Positions 49,840-60,682 are shown, numbered from the stretch's first letter. The stretch is DNA of 64,000 nt from Gammaproteobacteria bacterium (GCA_028284465.1 JANQRR010000023.1:1894-65893); one strand, 5' to 3'. Made by a program: numbers and translations. Notes: a model not told the origin generated them from the letters alone.

Positions 49840-51273
49840 GTGGCTTATAAGGTATTGGTTGGATATTACAATGATGTGCACATGTTCGTAACTTCGAACA
49901 ACGAAGGCGTTGAACGAGAATTACGAGACAGATTTTCCTTTTTCGTTCCTGGCTATCGATTCATGCCAGCGTACAAAAGAGGACAGTGGGACGGCAAGAT
50001 CAAGCTGTACAATGCACAAACAAAACTGATGTACGTTGGCTTGCTTCAGGAGGCCAAGAAGTTTGCCAAAGATCGGAACTATCAAATCGAGATAGATCCT
50101 AAGATTGCATCAGTTAACCACTACACGATGAAGGATATAGAGGCGTTTGCTGACAGCCTGAACTTACCGTTCGCACCATACGAATATCAGAAGCTATCCG
50201 TTCTGAAAGCCGTGAACGAAAAACGACTAACACTCGTATCCCCAACTGGTTCAGGCAAATCGCTGATTATTTACATGGTAGCACGTCTCCTAAACGTCAA
50301 AACGTTAATTGTGGTTCCAACTACAAACCTTGTACACCAGATGGCTCAAGACTTCAAGGAGTACGGATACAAAGAAGATTGCCACCTGATCTACTCAGGT
50401 AAGGACAAGGATTTTGATGAAACTATAGGCATCACAACATGGCAGTCAATATACAAGATGCCTAGAAGCTGGTTTGAGCAATTCGATTGTGTGATTGTTG
50501 ATGAGGTTCATGGTGCCAAGGCAAAGTCATTGACTGGCATTCTAGAGAAGATGTCACGCACACCACACCGATTCGGTACAACTGGTACGCTCGACGGAAC
50601 AGAGACAAATCGATTGGTGATTGAAGGCTTGTTTGGTCCAGTGTTCCAAGTCACCACAACTGACAAGCTCATAAAGACTGAGGTACTAGCAGATTTCACT
50701 GTTGAGTGTTTGTTGCTGAAATGGGATAAACATTTCCCTGATTATACGTATCAAGAAGAAATTGACTGGATTGTTACCAACGACAAGCGCAACAAATTCA
50801 TCACTCAACTGGTGACTAAGAAGGAAGGCAACAATCTCGTACTGGTGAATTTCGTAGAGAAGCATGCTAAGGTGTTACTCGACATGATCAAGAAAAACAC
50901 CAATCGGCCAGTCTACTACATACATGGTGGTGTTGATGCAGAAGTAAGAAACGACTATCGAGCTATGATTGAAGAAGAAACTGATGCTATCATTCTTGCT
51001 ACAACTAAAGCATTTGCAACTGGAACTAATATCAAGAAACTGAACAATATATTTTTCTGTCATCCAAGTAAAGCTAGAATAACTACATTACAAGCTATTG
51101 GACGAGTACTTAGGAGATCTGAAGTAAAGACTAATGCTAAACTGTACGACATTGTTGATGACTTGAGTATTGAAAAAAGTCTGAACTTCAGTATGAGACA
51201 TTTCTTGGAAAGACTGAAGATCTACAAGTCTGAAAAATTTCCTTATAAGATAACAAAGGTAGGATACAAATGA
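49840..51273 (+). CDS. uvsW: SF2 DNA helicase UvsW
   Basis: WDGKIKL, SPTGSGKS, DEVH, GTTGT and QAIGRVLR. Confidence 0.96.
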   Translation: MAYKVLVGYYNDVHMFVTSNNEGVERELRDRFSFFVPGYRFMPAYKRGQWDGKIKLYNAQTKLMYVGLLQEAKKFAKDRNYQIEIDPKIASVNHYTMKDIEAFADSLNLPFAPYEYQKLSVLKAVNEKRLTLVSPTGSGKSLIIYMVARLLNVKTLIVVPTTNLVHQMAQDFKEYGYKEDCHLIYSGKDKDFDETIGITTWQSIYKMPRSWFEQFDCVIVDEVHGAKAKSLTGILEKMSRTPHRFGTTGTLDGTETNRLVIEGLFGPVFQVTTTDKLIKTEVLADFTVECLLLKWDKHFPDYTYQEEIDWIVTNDKRNKFITQLVTKKEGNNLVLVNFVEKHAKVLLDMIKKNTNRPVYYIHGGVDAEVRNDYRAMIEEETDAIILATTKAFATGTNIKKLNNIFFCHPSKARITTLQAIGRVLRRSEVKTNAKLYDIVDDLSIEKSLNFSMRHFLERLKIYKSEKFPYKITKVGYK

Positions 51274-51662
51274 GCGAAATTAAGCATATCCGACTGATCA
51301 ATGGTGATGAAATCTTTGGTTCTATAGTGTTGGAAGAAGATAATCAAATAACTGTAGGACTACCACTAGTAGCAACTGATGTATTAACACCTGATGGAAG
51401 AGAAGCTACTTCACTTGTACCATACTTACCATTTGTTGATACTGACAAGAATCATTGTGTACTGAAGAATAACATGATCATTACTTGCACAGACGTACAT
51501 GATGCAGTAGAAGATCATTACAACCTATCGTTGCATTACGTAGAAAAATCAACTGATAGGAGAATTCAAGAAATTGAAGAGATCAACCAATACATGAGAG
51601 AATCCATTGTTCTCAATGAGATAGAAGAGGATGAAGATCTAATTTCTGTAGCATTACACTAA
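51270..51662 (+). CDS. Conserved T4-like protein downstream of uvsW (Sm-like N-terminus)
   Basis: IRLINGDEIFG motif; C-terminal LH. Confidence 0.65.
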   Translation: MSEIKHIRLINGDEIFGSIVLEEDNQITVGLPLVATDVLTPDGREATSLVPYLPFVDTDKNHCVLKNNMIITCTDVHDAVEDHYNLSLHYVEKSTDRRIQEIEEINQYMRESIVLNEIEEDEDLISVALH

Positions 51663-51719
51663 AAAAGTTCAAAAAATGTCAAAAAAGTGGTTGACAGCGA
51701 AATTTGAAATTTGTATAAT
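51661..51719 (+). promoter_or_regulatory. Perfect consensus sigma70 promoter with phased A-tract UP element
   Basis: Three A6 tracts at a 10-bp period, then TTGACA-17 nt-TATAAT (51691-51719). Confidence 0.9.
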
Positions 51720-51758
51720 GAACTTAGGAACACAATTAGTGCGTCACTTGTGAACAGA

Positions 51759-52825
51759 TCACGATAGATCAGTGAACCAATAGTCACTGCTGATATCCAT
51801 TAGCAACTGGTCATATGCCAGATTACTTACTTGAAATATTTCTGGTAGTGTTTCAGATAATGTTACATCACTAGTATTTCTAATGTTTCTAGCTAGTTCA
51901 CGTTCTAGTTTTTCAACTATATGTTCGTTTTTTAATTCATAAGTTAGTTCATCCATTAGTTTGTTCCTTTAGTTCATTTCTTAAAGTTGCATATATTTGA
52001 TCATAAGATAAATTACTAATTCGTATCTTATTAGATAATCTAGTTCTATAATCTGAATTACCTATAATACCTAATATATCACCTTCTAGAATTTCATATA
52101 TATTATTACCTAGTTTTTCCATTAGTTCAATCCTCTAGTTCTTCTTTTAGTGCATCAACTAGTGAATCAAATAACATTACATTAACTTTAATATATAAAC
52201 CTAATATTGCTCTAACGTGTCCACTAGGTGTTAGATCATTCACTAGTTTTCTTTCTAGTTCATGTAATATTATACGTTGCATTAGTTCACTCCAAAGTTA
52301 ATTGCACGATGGTTGCTTGCTGCTAAAACCATTCATGAAATCATCACGAATAGCAGAAGTAATGTTGAATTGGACATCACTTGGCAAATTACGTAAACCC
52401 CTAAGAGGCAAATCATCAATGTTAGTGGCAAACAATGCTTTACCTACATAGAATTGTACCGTTGCACTTATTCGAAGTTTGAAATCAAGACTCGACATAG
52501 AATTCTTCCCTCAGTGCAATTTGAATTCGATCACTGTCATAAGTAGTGAAGTGTTGATATAATCCATTTACCTTTAACCGTGGATGTACAATATTGTACA
52601 ATTCTCTTATAATATTACTGTTGCAATAAGTAATAACTTTTTGTTTAAGTATGTATCTCATCGTTCGAACTCTTGCAGTAATTGATTTACTATGGTATGG
52701 TGTTTTGTTCTATTTTGAAGTGCTCCAGGTATCCCTGTATCTGGCAAATTACACTCAAAACACATGTCTATGCAGTCTTGTTCTGTTTTGTAGTAAATAG
52801 CACGAGCGAAAGCATTCAAAATCAT
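51759..52825 (-). CDS. Array F: six micro-ORFs of the LxxEF family
   Basis: 52658..52825 IVNQLLQEF; 52485..52661 IQIALREEF; 52298..52498 ITSAIRDDF; 52127..52282 LVDALKEEL; 51949..52122 IYATLRNEL; 51759..51956. Confidence 0.7.
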
Positions 52826-52851
52826 ATCAATTCTTTCTTGTTAGGAGATCC

Positions 52852-53424
52852 ATGAAGAAAAAGACCAAGTACTATATCAACAACGATCAGTTCTATGAAG
52901 CATTGGTGGATTTTCTTCAGAAATGTGATGAAGCAGATGCCAATGGAGTGGAGATCCCCAGAGTACCAGAATTCATTGGTGAATGCTTCTTACTCTTGGC
53001 TAAGAACATTGCAAAGGCCCCGAATTGGTCACGCTATCCCTTCATTGAAGACATGCAGATGGACGCTGCACTCAACTGTCTTAAGTACATACGCAATTTC
53101 AAACCTACCCGCATAGATGCAGAAACCGGCAAGATTGTCAAGTCTAGACCCTTCAGCTATTTCACTCAGTACGTCCACAACACCTACAAACAGACCATCA
53201 AAGAAGAAAAGAAGAACTTGTACAAGCGATACAAGACGTATCAGTCGTTCCAGATCGAGGTTCAGCTTTCTGGTGAAGTAGGGGCTTGTCCACCAGAGCA
53301 AAATGAGATAAGCAACAAGTACATAGAACACTACGAGGAATCGATTGAGCGTGAGAAGCAGCGGAAACGTGAGAACCGCAGTAAGAACACGAACTCAATC
53401 AGCAACTTCTTTGAGGATGACTAA
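52852..53424 (+). CDS. gp55: Late-transcription sigma factor gp55
   Basis: YINN..FY, PEFIGECF..A, NCLKYIRNF and PFSYFTQ. Confidence 0.93.
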   Translation: MKKKTKYYINNDQFYEALVDFLQKCDEADANGVEIPRVPEFIGECFLLLAKNIAKAPNWSRYPFIEDMQMDAALNCLKYIRNFKPTRIDAETGKIVKSRPFSYFTQYVHNTYKQTIKEEKKNLYKRYKTYQSFQIEVQLSGEVGACPPEQNEISNKYIEHYEESIEREKQRKRENRSKNTNSISNFFEDD

Positions 53425-54811
53425 TGCGAACATTAAGTAGAACTGTAGATAAAGTTAGATATCGATTAGAAGATGTTCCAGTGGAAAGATGCTTTAATAT
53501 GGCCTTTGAACAGAATAAAGATACTATGTTCAATGGAGAACACAAAAAATTAAATAATATGTTTTCTTCCATGTATAGATATCTAATAAATGTGGAATTC
53601 AATGATGTTTAGAAATTCATTTGCTCAAGCAATAGAAGATAAGGGTGATCTTGGTGCAATTGATCGAGTTTGGAAATTGGTTTCAATACTAAGAAGCCAA
53701 GAGCCTTTTAGTCAGGGTAATGATGATGAAGGTAACACACCGCATCAAATAGGTGTATACTCACAATTAGAGGAAGAGTTTGATGCTGCGATCTTCCGTG
53801 AAAGCTAGAATAGAATATCGTGCATATCCTGGTAGTGTACATGGCGATGGTTACTGTCATTATAAAGTAATGGTAACTGTAAGTGCTGTGTTTTCTGAGT
53901 TGCCATATACTAGTTATGCAATTGAAGAGGCTTTGCAATATGAGTTTAGTATATAGAAGTTTTAGATTCAAAATGGAATGTGTGATTGATGATAATGCTA
54001 TTAATAAATTAGCGAAATCAAATCTGTCAAATCTTTGTGATGAATTCATTGATGATGGTTTGACATCTTGGTATGCTATTAGGGATTTGTTGGAAGATGA
54101 ATTCGAAGCTGAGCAAAAGAGTGAAGATCTTAATCGACGACAAAATCGTCGGTGATCCTATTCATGAATGTGCATTTGAATCTGATGAAATAGTTGAACC
54201 TAACGTTTATAGAATGTTAGTGTTGCCAGATATGTTGAAAGTTGATAATATTCGAGACGCGTTAAGGGAAGAGTTTGAAGATGGAGATTAAGCGTGAAGA
54301 ATTGCTGGCAGACATAGAAGGTGCTATAGATTCAGATTCAATGACTGAGTTGATCATTATGTACAAAATGGATCTTTATGATCGCCTTCAGAGAGAAACA
54401 CTCACTGGTCTTTGGGCTGCTATAGAAAGACACTTGAAAAGAGAATTCGATGAGAACGAATAGACTTAGACTGGTAAAGGGACCAGAAGGTGCATGGATA
54501 GAGCAGTTGTGGAAATTGCCAAATAATAAAGAAGAATGGCGTACACTTGAAATTGTTCAGGCACACGAAGTCTATCCTGATAAGTATGAAGATCCAAAGA
54601 AGAAGGCGCGATTCAAATGGTAAGTAGTGATTTCAGACAATTGATAGAACAAAAAGCAGATGATCATGCTATTATTGCTTCTCGACGAATTCATTATTTT
54701 ACACATTGTAATATTAAAGATAAATTTGATGCTATGAATATAATGCATGTATACGAGGCAGTTCGTCAAACACTTCGAAAGGAATTGAATGAAGATAGCA
54801 TTTCTCTGTGA
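53424..54811 (+). CDS. Array G: seven LxxEF-family micro-ORFs plus one unrelated micro-ORF
   Basis: C-termini YLINVEF, VYSQLEEEF, IEEALQYEF (53783..53956, manual), IRDLLEDEF, IRDALREEF, IERHLKREF and VRQTLRKEL. Confidence 0.75.
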
Positions 54812-55832
54812 CACACATTGGGGCGCAAGAGGCGACCACAAAGAATTACGCCAGTCAATGGCGGATTTTCACGATGACATTTTCTTTCCAGAAATTGAAG
54901 ATCGCGGTGTTGAGTACATAATCCACCTTGGCGATCTAGTTGATCGTAGAAAATACATCAATTTCCAAACACTCAGCATGATGAATCATCACTTCATCAA
55001 TCGAATCAAGATTCCGATGGACATCATTGCTGGCAATCACGACACATATTATAAGAACCATAGCCACGTCAATGCATTGAACACGTTGCTAGACGACAAA
55101 AATTATCAAATCGTTAAGTACATCAATCCAGCTGAAACCGAAATTGATGGTATTAAGTTTCTGTATCTGCCATGGATCAATGAGCTGAATGCAGATCAGA
55201 CAGCCGATTTGATGGCGAATAGTGATGCGTCAATTGTTATGGGTCACCTTGAAATTGCTGGATTTCAGATGATTCGAGGCATGTTGTGCCCACATGGCCT
55301 AGACTTTAAATCTTTCCGAAGATTCGCAAAAGTTTATACTGGTCATTTCCACATAAAATCTAGCCGTGATAACATCACTTATTTGGGTTCTCCGTATGCC
55401 ATGAATTGGTCGGAGGCTGAAGATCCACATGGATTTCATATCTTTGATACCAAAACTCTTGAACTAGAGTATATCGAGAATCCGCATAGTATGTTCGTCA
55501 AGCTTTTCTACGATAAAGACACAAGCCATACAGATATTCCAGATGTTTCAAAAAAATGGGTGAAGTTAATCGTGAAGGAAAAGCCTGACGCATACGTGTT
55601 TGATAATTACGTTAAGGCTTTGCACGATCAAGATCCTTATGAGATGCGTGTTGTGGAACCCATTACGCAAGTTAGTGAAGACATTGTTGTGTCAGAAGCG
55701 GACGACACAAACGTGATCATAGATAAGACAATAGAAGCTCGTCTTGATTTGGATAAGGATCAGCGAGAAGAATTGAAACGTATTATGGCTGGTCTGTACC
55801 GAGAAGCCTCAGATTTGATTGTGGAGCGATGA
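54789..55832 (+). CDS. gp47: Recombination endonuclease subunit gp47 (Mre11/SbcD-like)
   Basis: DTHWG, GDLVDRR, GNHD and GHFH metallophosphoesterase motifs. Confidence 0.95.
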   Translation: MKIAFLCDTHWGARGDHKELRQSMADFHDDIFFPEIEDRGVEYIIHLGDLVDRRKYINFQTLSMMNHHFINRIKIPMDIIAGNHDTYYKNHSHVNALNTLLDDKNYQIVKYINPAETEIDGIKFLYLPWINELNADQTADLMANSDASIVMGHLEIAGFQMIRGMLCPHGLDFKSFRRFAKVYTGHFHIKSSRDNITYLGSPYAMNWSEAEDPHGFHIFDTKTLELEYIENPHSMFVKLFYDKDTSHTDIPDVSKKWVKLIVKEKPDAYVFDNYVKALHDQDPYEMRVVEPITQVSEDIVVSEADDTNVIIDKTIEARLDLDKDQREELKRIMAGLYREASDLIVER

Positions 55833-56832
55833 CGACAAAAAAATTACATGAGTTTAGAACGTATTACGTGATGGATGATTTTCAAGTTGCTGCTTATGAT
55901 TCAACTCAAATGGCAGAAGTAACAAAAGCAATATATGATAATCTAGCACGTAAAATGTCAGAAATGTTGGTTCAAGAAAGTATGATTGCGTTTGAGCAGG
56001 ATTATGACATGGTGAATGCGCAACGAAGATTTATTGGAAAGCTCGACATCAAGAAAATCAGAGAAGCTTTGCCACCAGCTATGACAAGTTCTGGTGTGGG
56101 AATTGGGACAATGACGCCATCTTACACTAGCACTACATTACCGTTTTATAAGCAACCTGATGAGGAATGGGTTGACGATGAACCATATGAAGATGATAAT
56201 TTTGAAAGTGAAGAAATGACTGCATTGCAGAGAAATCTTAACGAAATATTAGAAAGGAAAAAGAATGAAGCTAAATGAATTTCGGGCATGGCTCGATGGA
56301 TTTACTCACTCAATCAAAGAAGCACCAACGCCGCAACAGTGGCTTCAAATCAAAGAAAAGCTTGACAACATCAATCCCGATCAGGTAGTAGAGTATCTAC
56401 CTTATTATACACATCCAGTTAATACTTGGCCAAAATGGTACGTGTCACATTACTCTACAGGAACATCTGATGCAGCAAGCCAATACAAATCAGCAATCAC
56501 TTCCGATATCACTGACGGAACAACGACCACTAGTAGCGTTAGACTTTCTGGGGGGCAATTGTCCGGTACAAGCTGAAGGAACAATTCTCGGTAAGCGATT
56601 CTATTTTAGGGCCAGGGGTGAGCACTGGTCCATAGAAATTCATCCAACTGCCAAAGGTGAGTATACAGATTGGCCATCGACACAGATTGTGAATGGTCTG
56701 GCTTCTGGTACGTGGTACTATGATGAGCCTTACGGAACTTGGCCAGATGCAGGTTGGATGCCACAAAAAGATGCTGTAGAATGCATTAATCGTGCAGCCA
56801 AAATGTATCAGGATGAAATGAACAGCTTATGA
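55829..56832 (+). CDS. Three hypothetical proteins (55829..56278, 56265..56576, 56470..56832)
   Basis: Overlapping ORFs between gp47 and gp46. Confidence 0.55.
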
Positions 56833-56996
56833 TGATGAACTTTGAAGTTACTCAAAAAGTGTATATTGGTCCATTGCATGCAACGTATGAAAATTTACAA
56901 GAACATGGAGCTTGGTATAACTACTTTGTACCGATAAGTATTTGGTCAATAACAAATCAAATTGAAGCTGAAGTGAAAAAAGAGTTTGAATGTTAA
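56829..56996 (+). CDS. LxxEF-family micro-ORF (55 aa) coupled to gp46
   Basis: Manual translation ends IEAEVKKEFEC. Confidence 0.65.
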   Translation: MMMNFEVTQKVYIGPLHATYENLQEHGAWYNYFVPISIWSITNQIEAEVKKEFEC

Positions 56997-58690
56997 TACT
57001 GAAAAATGTAACAATAAAAAACTTTCTATCTACTGGTCAAAATCCACTCAAGTTTGATCTTCACAAGCATAAGACTACGCTCATGTCAGGCGACAATGGA
57101 GCTGGCAAATCTACACTTGTAGATGCTATCTGCTTTGCATTATTCGGTAAAGCGTTCAGAAATATCAATAAACCACAGCTAATTAATATCGTCAATAAAA
57201 AGCAATGTGTGGTTACAATCGACTTCTCAGTCGGCAACAATGAATTCCACATTGTTCGTGGTATGAAGCCCACAATTTTCCAAATATTCAAGAATGGCGA
57301 TCTGATCGATCAGGATGCAGCCGCACGTGACTATCAGGAGATGCTAGAGCGTGATATCCTGAACATGTCCTACAATGCGTTTTGTCAGGTTATTGTGCTC
57401 GGTAACGCCAACTGGACAGCCTTTATGTCTCTGTCTGCTGGTGATCGCCGTAAGGTGCTAGAAGACATGCTAGGCATTGAAATCTTCACTGTCATGAGCA
57501 CGTTGCTTAAGGAACAGCAAAATAATCTTAGAAATGATATCAAGGATATTGACGCCAACATCAAAGTGTTGGAAAACACCATTGAGCTGAACGAGAAGCA
57601 CAAGGCAAGTTTACTTCAGCACACAGAAGAAGCTATACAAGAGAAGAAAAACAAGATAGCGGATTTTGAAAAGCAGTTAGTGCCAGCACGCGAAAAGCGT
57701 GATGAACTAGCTTCTAAGATGAGCGACATAGAAAAGGTATTATCAAAAGAAGAATCCACTAAAGATGAAATGTCTGGGCTAGTAGATGAGGTAAACAAAA
57801 TTGAGCATGCAGAAAAACAAGCCACAAAGGACATCAAGTTTTACGTCAATAATTCTTCGTGCCCGACTTGCAAGCGGGAAATTGATCCCAAGTTCAGAAC
57901 CGTTGCGAAGCAAGAGAGAGAAGCACACCTTGCCAAAATCGGCGAACGTAAGAATCTACACACAACACAAATAGATGTTCTGACTGGTCGCCTAAACAAG
58001 TTTAAGAAGCTTGGCAAAGGACTGGCACAACTATCAAGCCAACATCAGGACGTGGTGCTCGACATTCACACGTGGACCAGTGCAATTACTCAGTTGCATG
58101 AAGATATTGAGTCCTTACGTGAAGAGAAGCCACCGTTAGATCCACATGACTACCGAGCAGACTTAGATGTAGAATTGAAGAAAAAGTCTGACTTGATAGA
58201 TAAGAAAGATGTGCAATCTGTTGCTTTAGATATGCTTAAAGATGATGGCATCAAAGCACAGATCATCAAACAATACATTCCGGTTATCAATACACTCGTT
58301 AATCGCTACCTTGAACGCTTGAACTTCTTTGTCAAGTTTCATTTGAATGAGAAATTTGAGATGGAAATCAAGGCGTTACACAAGGATGACATGAGTTATG
58401 ATAACTTCAGTCAGGGCGAAAAGATGCGCATTGACTTGTCTATCTTGTTCACTTGGCGCGACATTATCCGACAGAAAAAAATGAATTCATGCAATCTTCT
58501 GATTCTTGATGAGATCATGGATTCGTCACTAGATCCACAAGGCACTGAGGATTTCTTGGAAGTTATTAGGGCATTGACGCCAGACAACAACATCTTTATT
58601 ATCAGCCATAAAAGAGATCAGATCAGTGACAAATTCGACAACGTGTTGGAGATTGTCAAGAAGAAAAACTTTTCGAGGATCAAGCGATGA
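56990..58690 (+). CDS. gp46: Recombination ATPase gp46 (Rad50/SbcC-like)
   Basis: GDNGAGKST, CPTC zinc hook, FSQGEK, LILDE and IISH. Confidence 0.96.
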   Translation: MLILKNVTIKNFLSTGQNPLKFDLHKHKTTLMSGDNGAGKSTLVDAICFALFGKAFRNINKPQLINIVNKKQCVVTIDFSVGNNEFHIVRGMKPTIFQIFKNGDLIDQDAAARDYQEMLERDILNMSYNAFCQVIVLGNANWTAFMSLSAGDRRKVLEDMLGIEIFTVMSTLLKEQQNNLRNDIKDIDANIKVLENTIELNEKHKASLLQHTEEAIQEKKNKIADFEKQLVPAREKRDELASKMSDIEKVLSKEESTKDEMSGLVDEVNKIEHAEKQATKDIKFYVNNSSCPTCKREIDPKFRTVAKQEREAHLAKIGERKNLHTTQIDVLTGRLNKFKKLGKGLAQLSSQHQDVVLDIHTWTSAITQLHEDIESLREEKPPLDPHDYRADLDVELKKKSDLIDKKDVQSVALDMLKDDGIKAQIIKQYIPVINTLVNRYLERLNFFVKFHLNEKFEMEIKALHKDDMSYDNFSQGEKMRIDLSILFTWRDIIRQKKMNSCNLLILDEIMDSSLDPQGTEDFLEVIRALTPDNNIFIISHKRDQISDKFDNVLEIVKKKNFSRIKR

Positions 58691-59364
58691 ATTTGCATGT
58701 TTGGCCAGCAACAGCAAGATCTTTTGGTAGAGTTACGCATTTGGTGCGTCCAATAACTTTAAATAGACTTGAAGTAAAAAGTAAAGATATGGTTCTTGAA
58801 CGTAAAATTGTTTATCCAATGCAACAATTGAATGATTTTTGGTCATATGAAATTCTGAATTTAATTCGTGATAAATTGAAGAAGGAATTTTTGTGATGGC
58901 AGACATTTCAGATGTGAGGCGTAGGTTGCTTGAAAAAGCAAGGTTGAGTGTTCAAAAAAACGCTCATTATAATATGTGCTGGTTAGGAGTTTATCCAGTT
59001 AAAAGAAGTCTTTCAAGAAATTATGACGTTGTTATACAGGAATTATATAATAAAGAAACATGGAAAAAGATAGTGCGCTATGAATAAAGTTTGGAGTGTA
59101 TATAATTCTGTTGCTGGTTTTGCTGTGGAAAACAGATTAGATTTTGTTAGATCGCCAGGAAAATACGAATACCAATCTAATAATGATGGTGTGTTGGGGC
59201 TTATACGTAAAACGCTACTAGAGAAAACCGCTAATCCAAATAATTTTTCATTTAACCATATGCCGGTTCCCATGAGATGGAATGTAATTGAATTGGCCAT
59301 GCTTACTGAATGGGGCGATAGACACGCACACACAGAAATTTGGTTAAATGAGATACAAATATGA
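58687..59364 (+). CDS. Three coupled micro-ORFs; the first is an LxxEF member
   Basis: 58687..58896 ends IRDKLKKEFL; also 58893..59087 and 59080..59364. Confidence 0.6.
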
Positions 59365-59870
59365 GTGAAGAATTAGTACGTGAATTGGTTCCTGGTAATG
59401 ATCCAATTCTCAAAGAAGAAACACCAAAGTTCGATTTTCTCGATCCGCCTATGGACCCAATTGAATTAGCTCACACGCTCGCACAAAGCTGCTTGAAGTA
59501 TGAAGGGTTAGGATTGTCAGCACCACAGATTGGTTTGCCATATCGCGCCTGCATCATCAAAGCAGATCCTATGATTTGCATGTTCAATCCTAAGATTGTT
59601 GGTGAATCAATGGGAGCTGAATATGGCGAAGAAGGTTGCTTGTCGTTTCCAAATCTGATAATCAAAGTTAAGCGTGCACAAGTCATACGTGTGCGCTTCA
59701 CTCAACCAAACTTTGAAGTGAAAACAGAGCGCTTTGAAGGAATGACGGCTAGAATCATTCAGCATGAAATGGATCATTTAGATGGTATTACGTTTCATAC
59801 AAGGGCTACTTCCTACCACCTCGAACAAGCGAAAAAATCTAAAAGAAAGCTTGAAAAAAATAGTGTATGA
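59361..59870 (+). CDS. def: Peptide deformylase
   Basis: GLGLSAPQIG, EGCLS and QHEMDHL motifs. Confidence 0.95.
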   Translation: MSEELVRELVPGNDPILKEETPKFDFLDPPMDPIELAHTLAQSCLKYEGLGLSAPQIGLPYRACIIKADPMICMFNPKIVGESMGAEYGEEGCLSFPNLIIKVKRAQVIRVRFTQPNFEVKTERFEGMTARIIQHEMDHLDGITFHTRATSYHLEQAKKSKRKLEKNSV

Positions 59871-60235
59871 GAAATTTGAAAAAAATCCAATGTCGCGTGT
59901 TAGAGATGATTGTTTGTACATTAAAAATGATGTGATGAAAAACACTTTGGATAAAGTGCCCAGAGATATGTATTTTCAAATAACTGAAGAATTAATGGAA
60001 GAATTTTGGCATGGATTACACATTAGGATCTAAAATGCATAAATGGCTTCATCTTGATCAGGTGAATGCATTTAAAGACGCGTTTCGTAGTCCAGAAGAA
60101 AGGCTAAAGTGGCGAGAATGCTTTTCAGAGGGAAGCACTAATATTTACGCACGTGTGCATTCAGAGCTGAAAAAAGATGAAAAATTTGTTAACAAGGGGG
60201 TTGCGGTCTTCAGGAAACCTGCTATACATAAGTAG
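59863..60235 (+). CDS. Two LxxEF-family micro-ORFs (59863..60033, 60011..60235)
   Basis: ITEELMEEF; VHSELKKDEKF. Confidence 0.6.
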
Positions 60236-60250
60236 TATCAGTAACTTAAC

Positions 60251-60625
60251 ATGAAAGGATCATATATGATCGAACGTTCTGAAAATTTTGTAATGACTAT
60301 TAATCCTAAATCTAAAGCAGATAATGAAAAGCTCGAAGCGGTACGATCCGCCATTAAAACTTCTAATCGAGCACTAGGCACTAAGCTTTCTATTAAGTGC
60401 CATGGCCGTCTTGGCAAATCCAATCCAAAAGCTGGTGAATATAAAGCACGCCGCACTTCAACTGTGAAATTGGCAGATGCCGCACGTTGGGATGTTTACA
60501 TCTTCAACAAAGGTGGTTCATCAACTCAGAAAGCTAAAGCTGCTTCTAAGAAGTCCAGCATGGCTAATAAGATGACCAAGAAGCCAGCAACCAAGCGCAC
60601 GACACGTACGCGTACTAAGCGCTAA
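60251..60625 (+). CDS. Basic protein with a K/A/T-rich tail
   Basis: GRLG...DVY core; histone-like C-terminus; has its own terminator. Confidence 0.65.
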   Translation: MKGSYMIERSENFVMTINPKSKADNEKLEAVRSAIKTSNRALGTKLSIKCHGRLGKSNPKAGEYKARRTSTVKLADAARWDVYIFNKGGSSTQKAKAASKKSSMANKMTKKPATKRTTRTRTKR

Positions 60626-60650
60626 ACTCATATCCACTTTAATAATTGTT

Positions 60651-60682
60651 AGCCATGGGTAGCCTCGGTTGCCCGTGGTTTT
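60651..60682 (+). terminator. Rho-independent terminator
   Basis: AGCCATGGGTAGC-CTCG-GTTGCCCGTGGTT-TT. Confidence 0.7.

Noticed and set aside
47680-54811. Dense short ORFs as evidence of stop-codon reassignment or pseudogene decay
   Set aside because: Core genes are intact in the standard code and all three stops are used. The short ORFs switch frame at junctions and each ends in the same motif.
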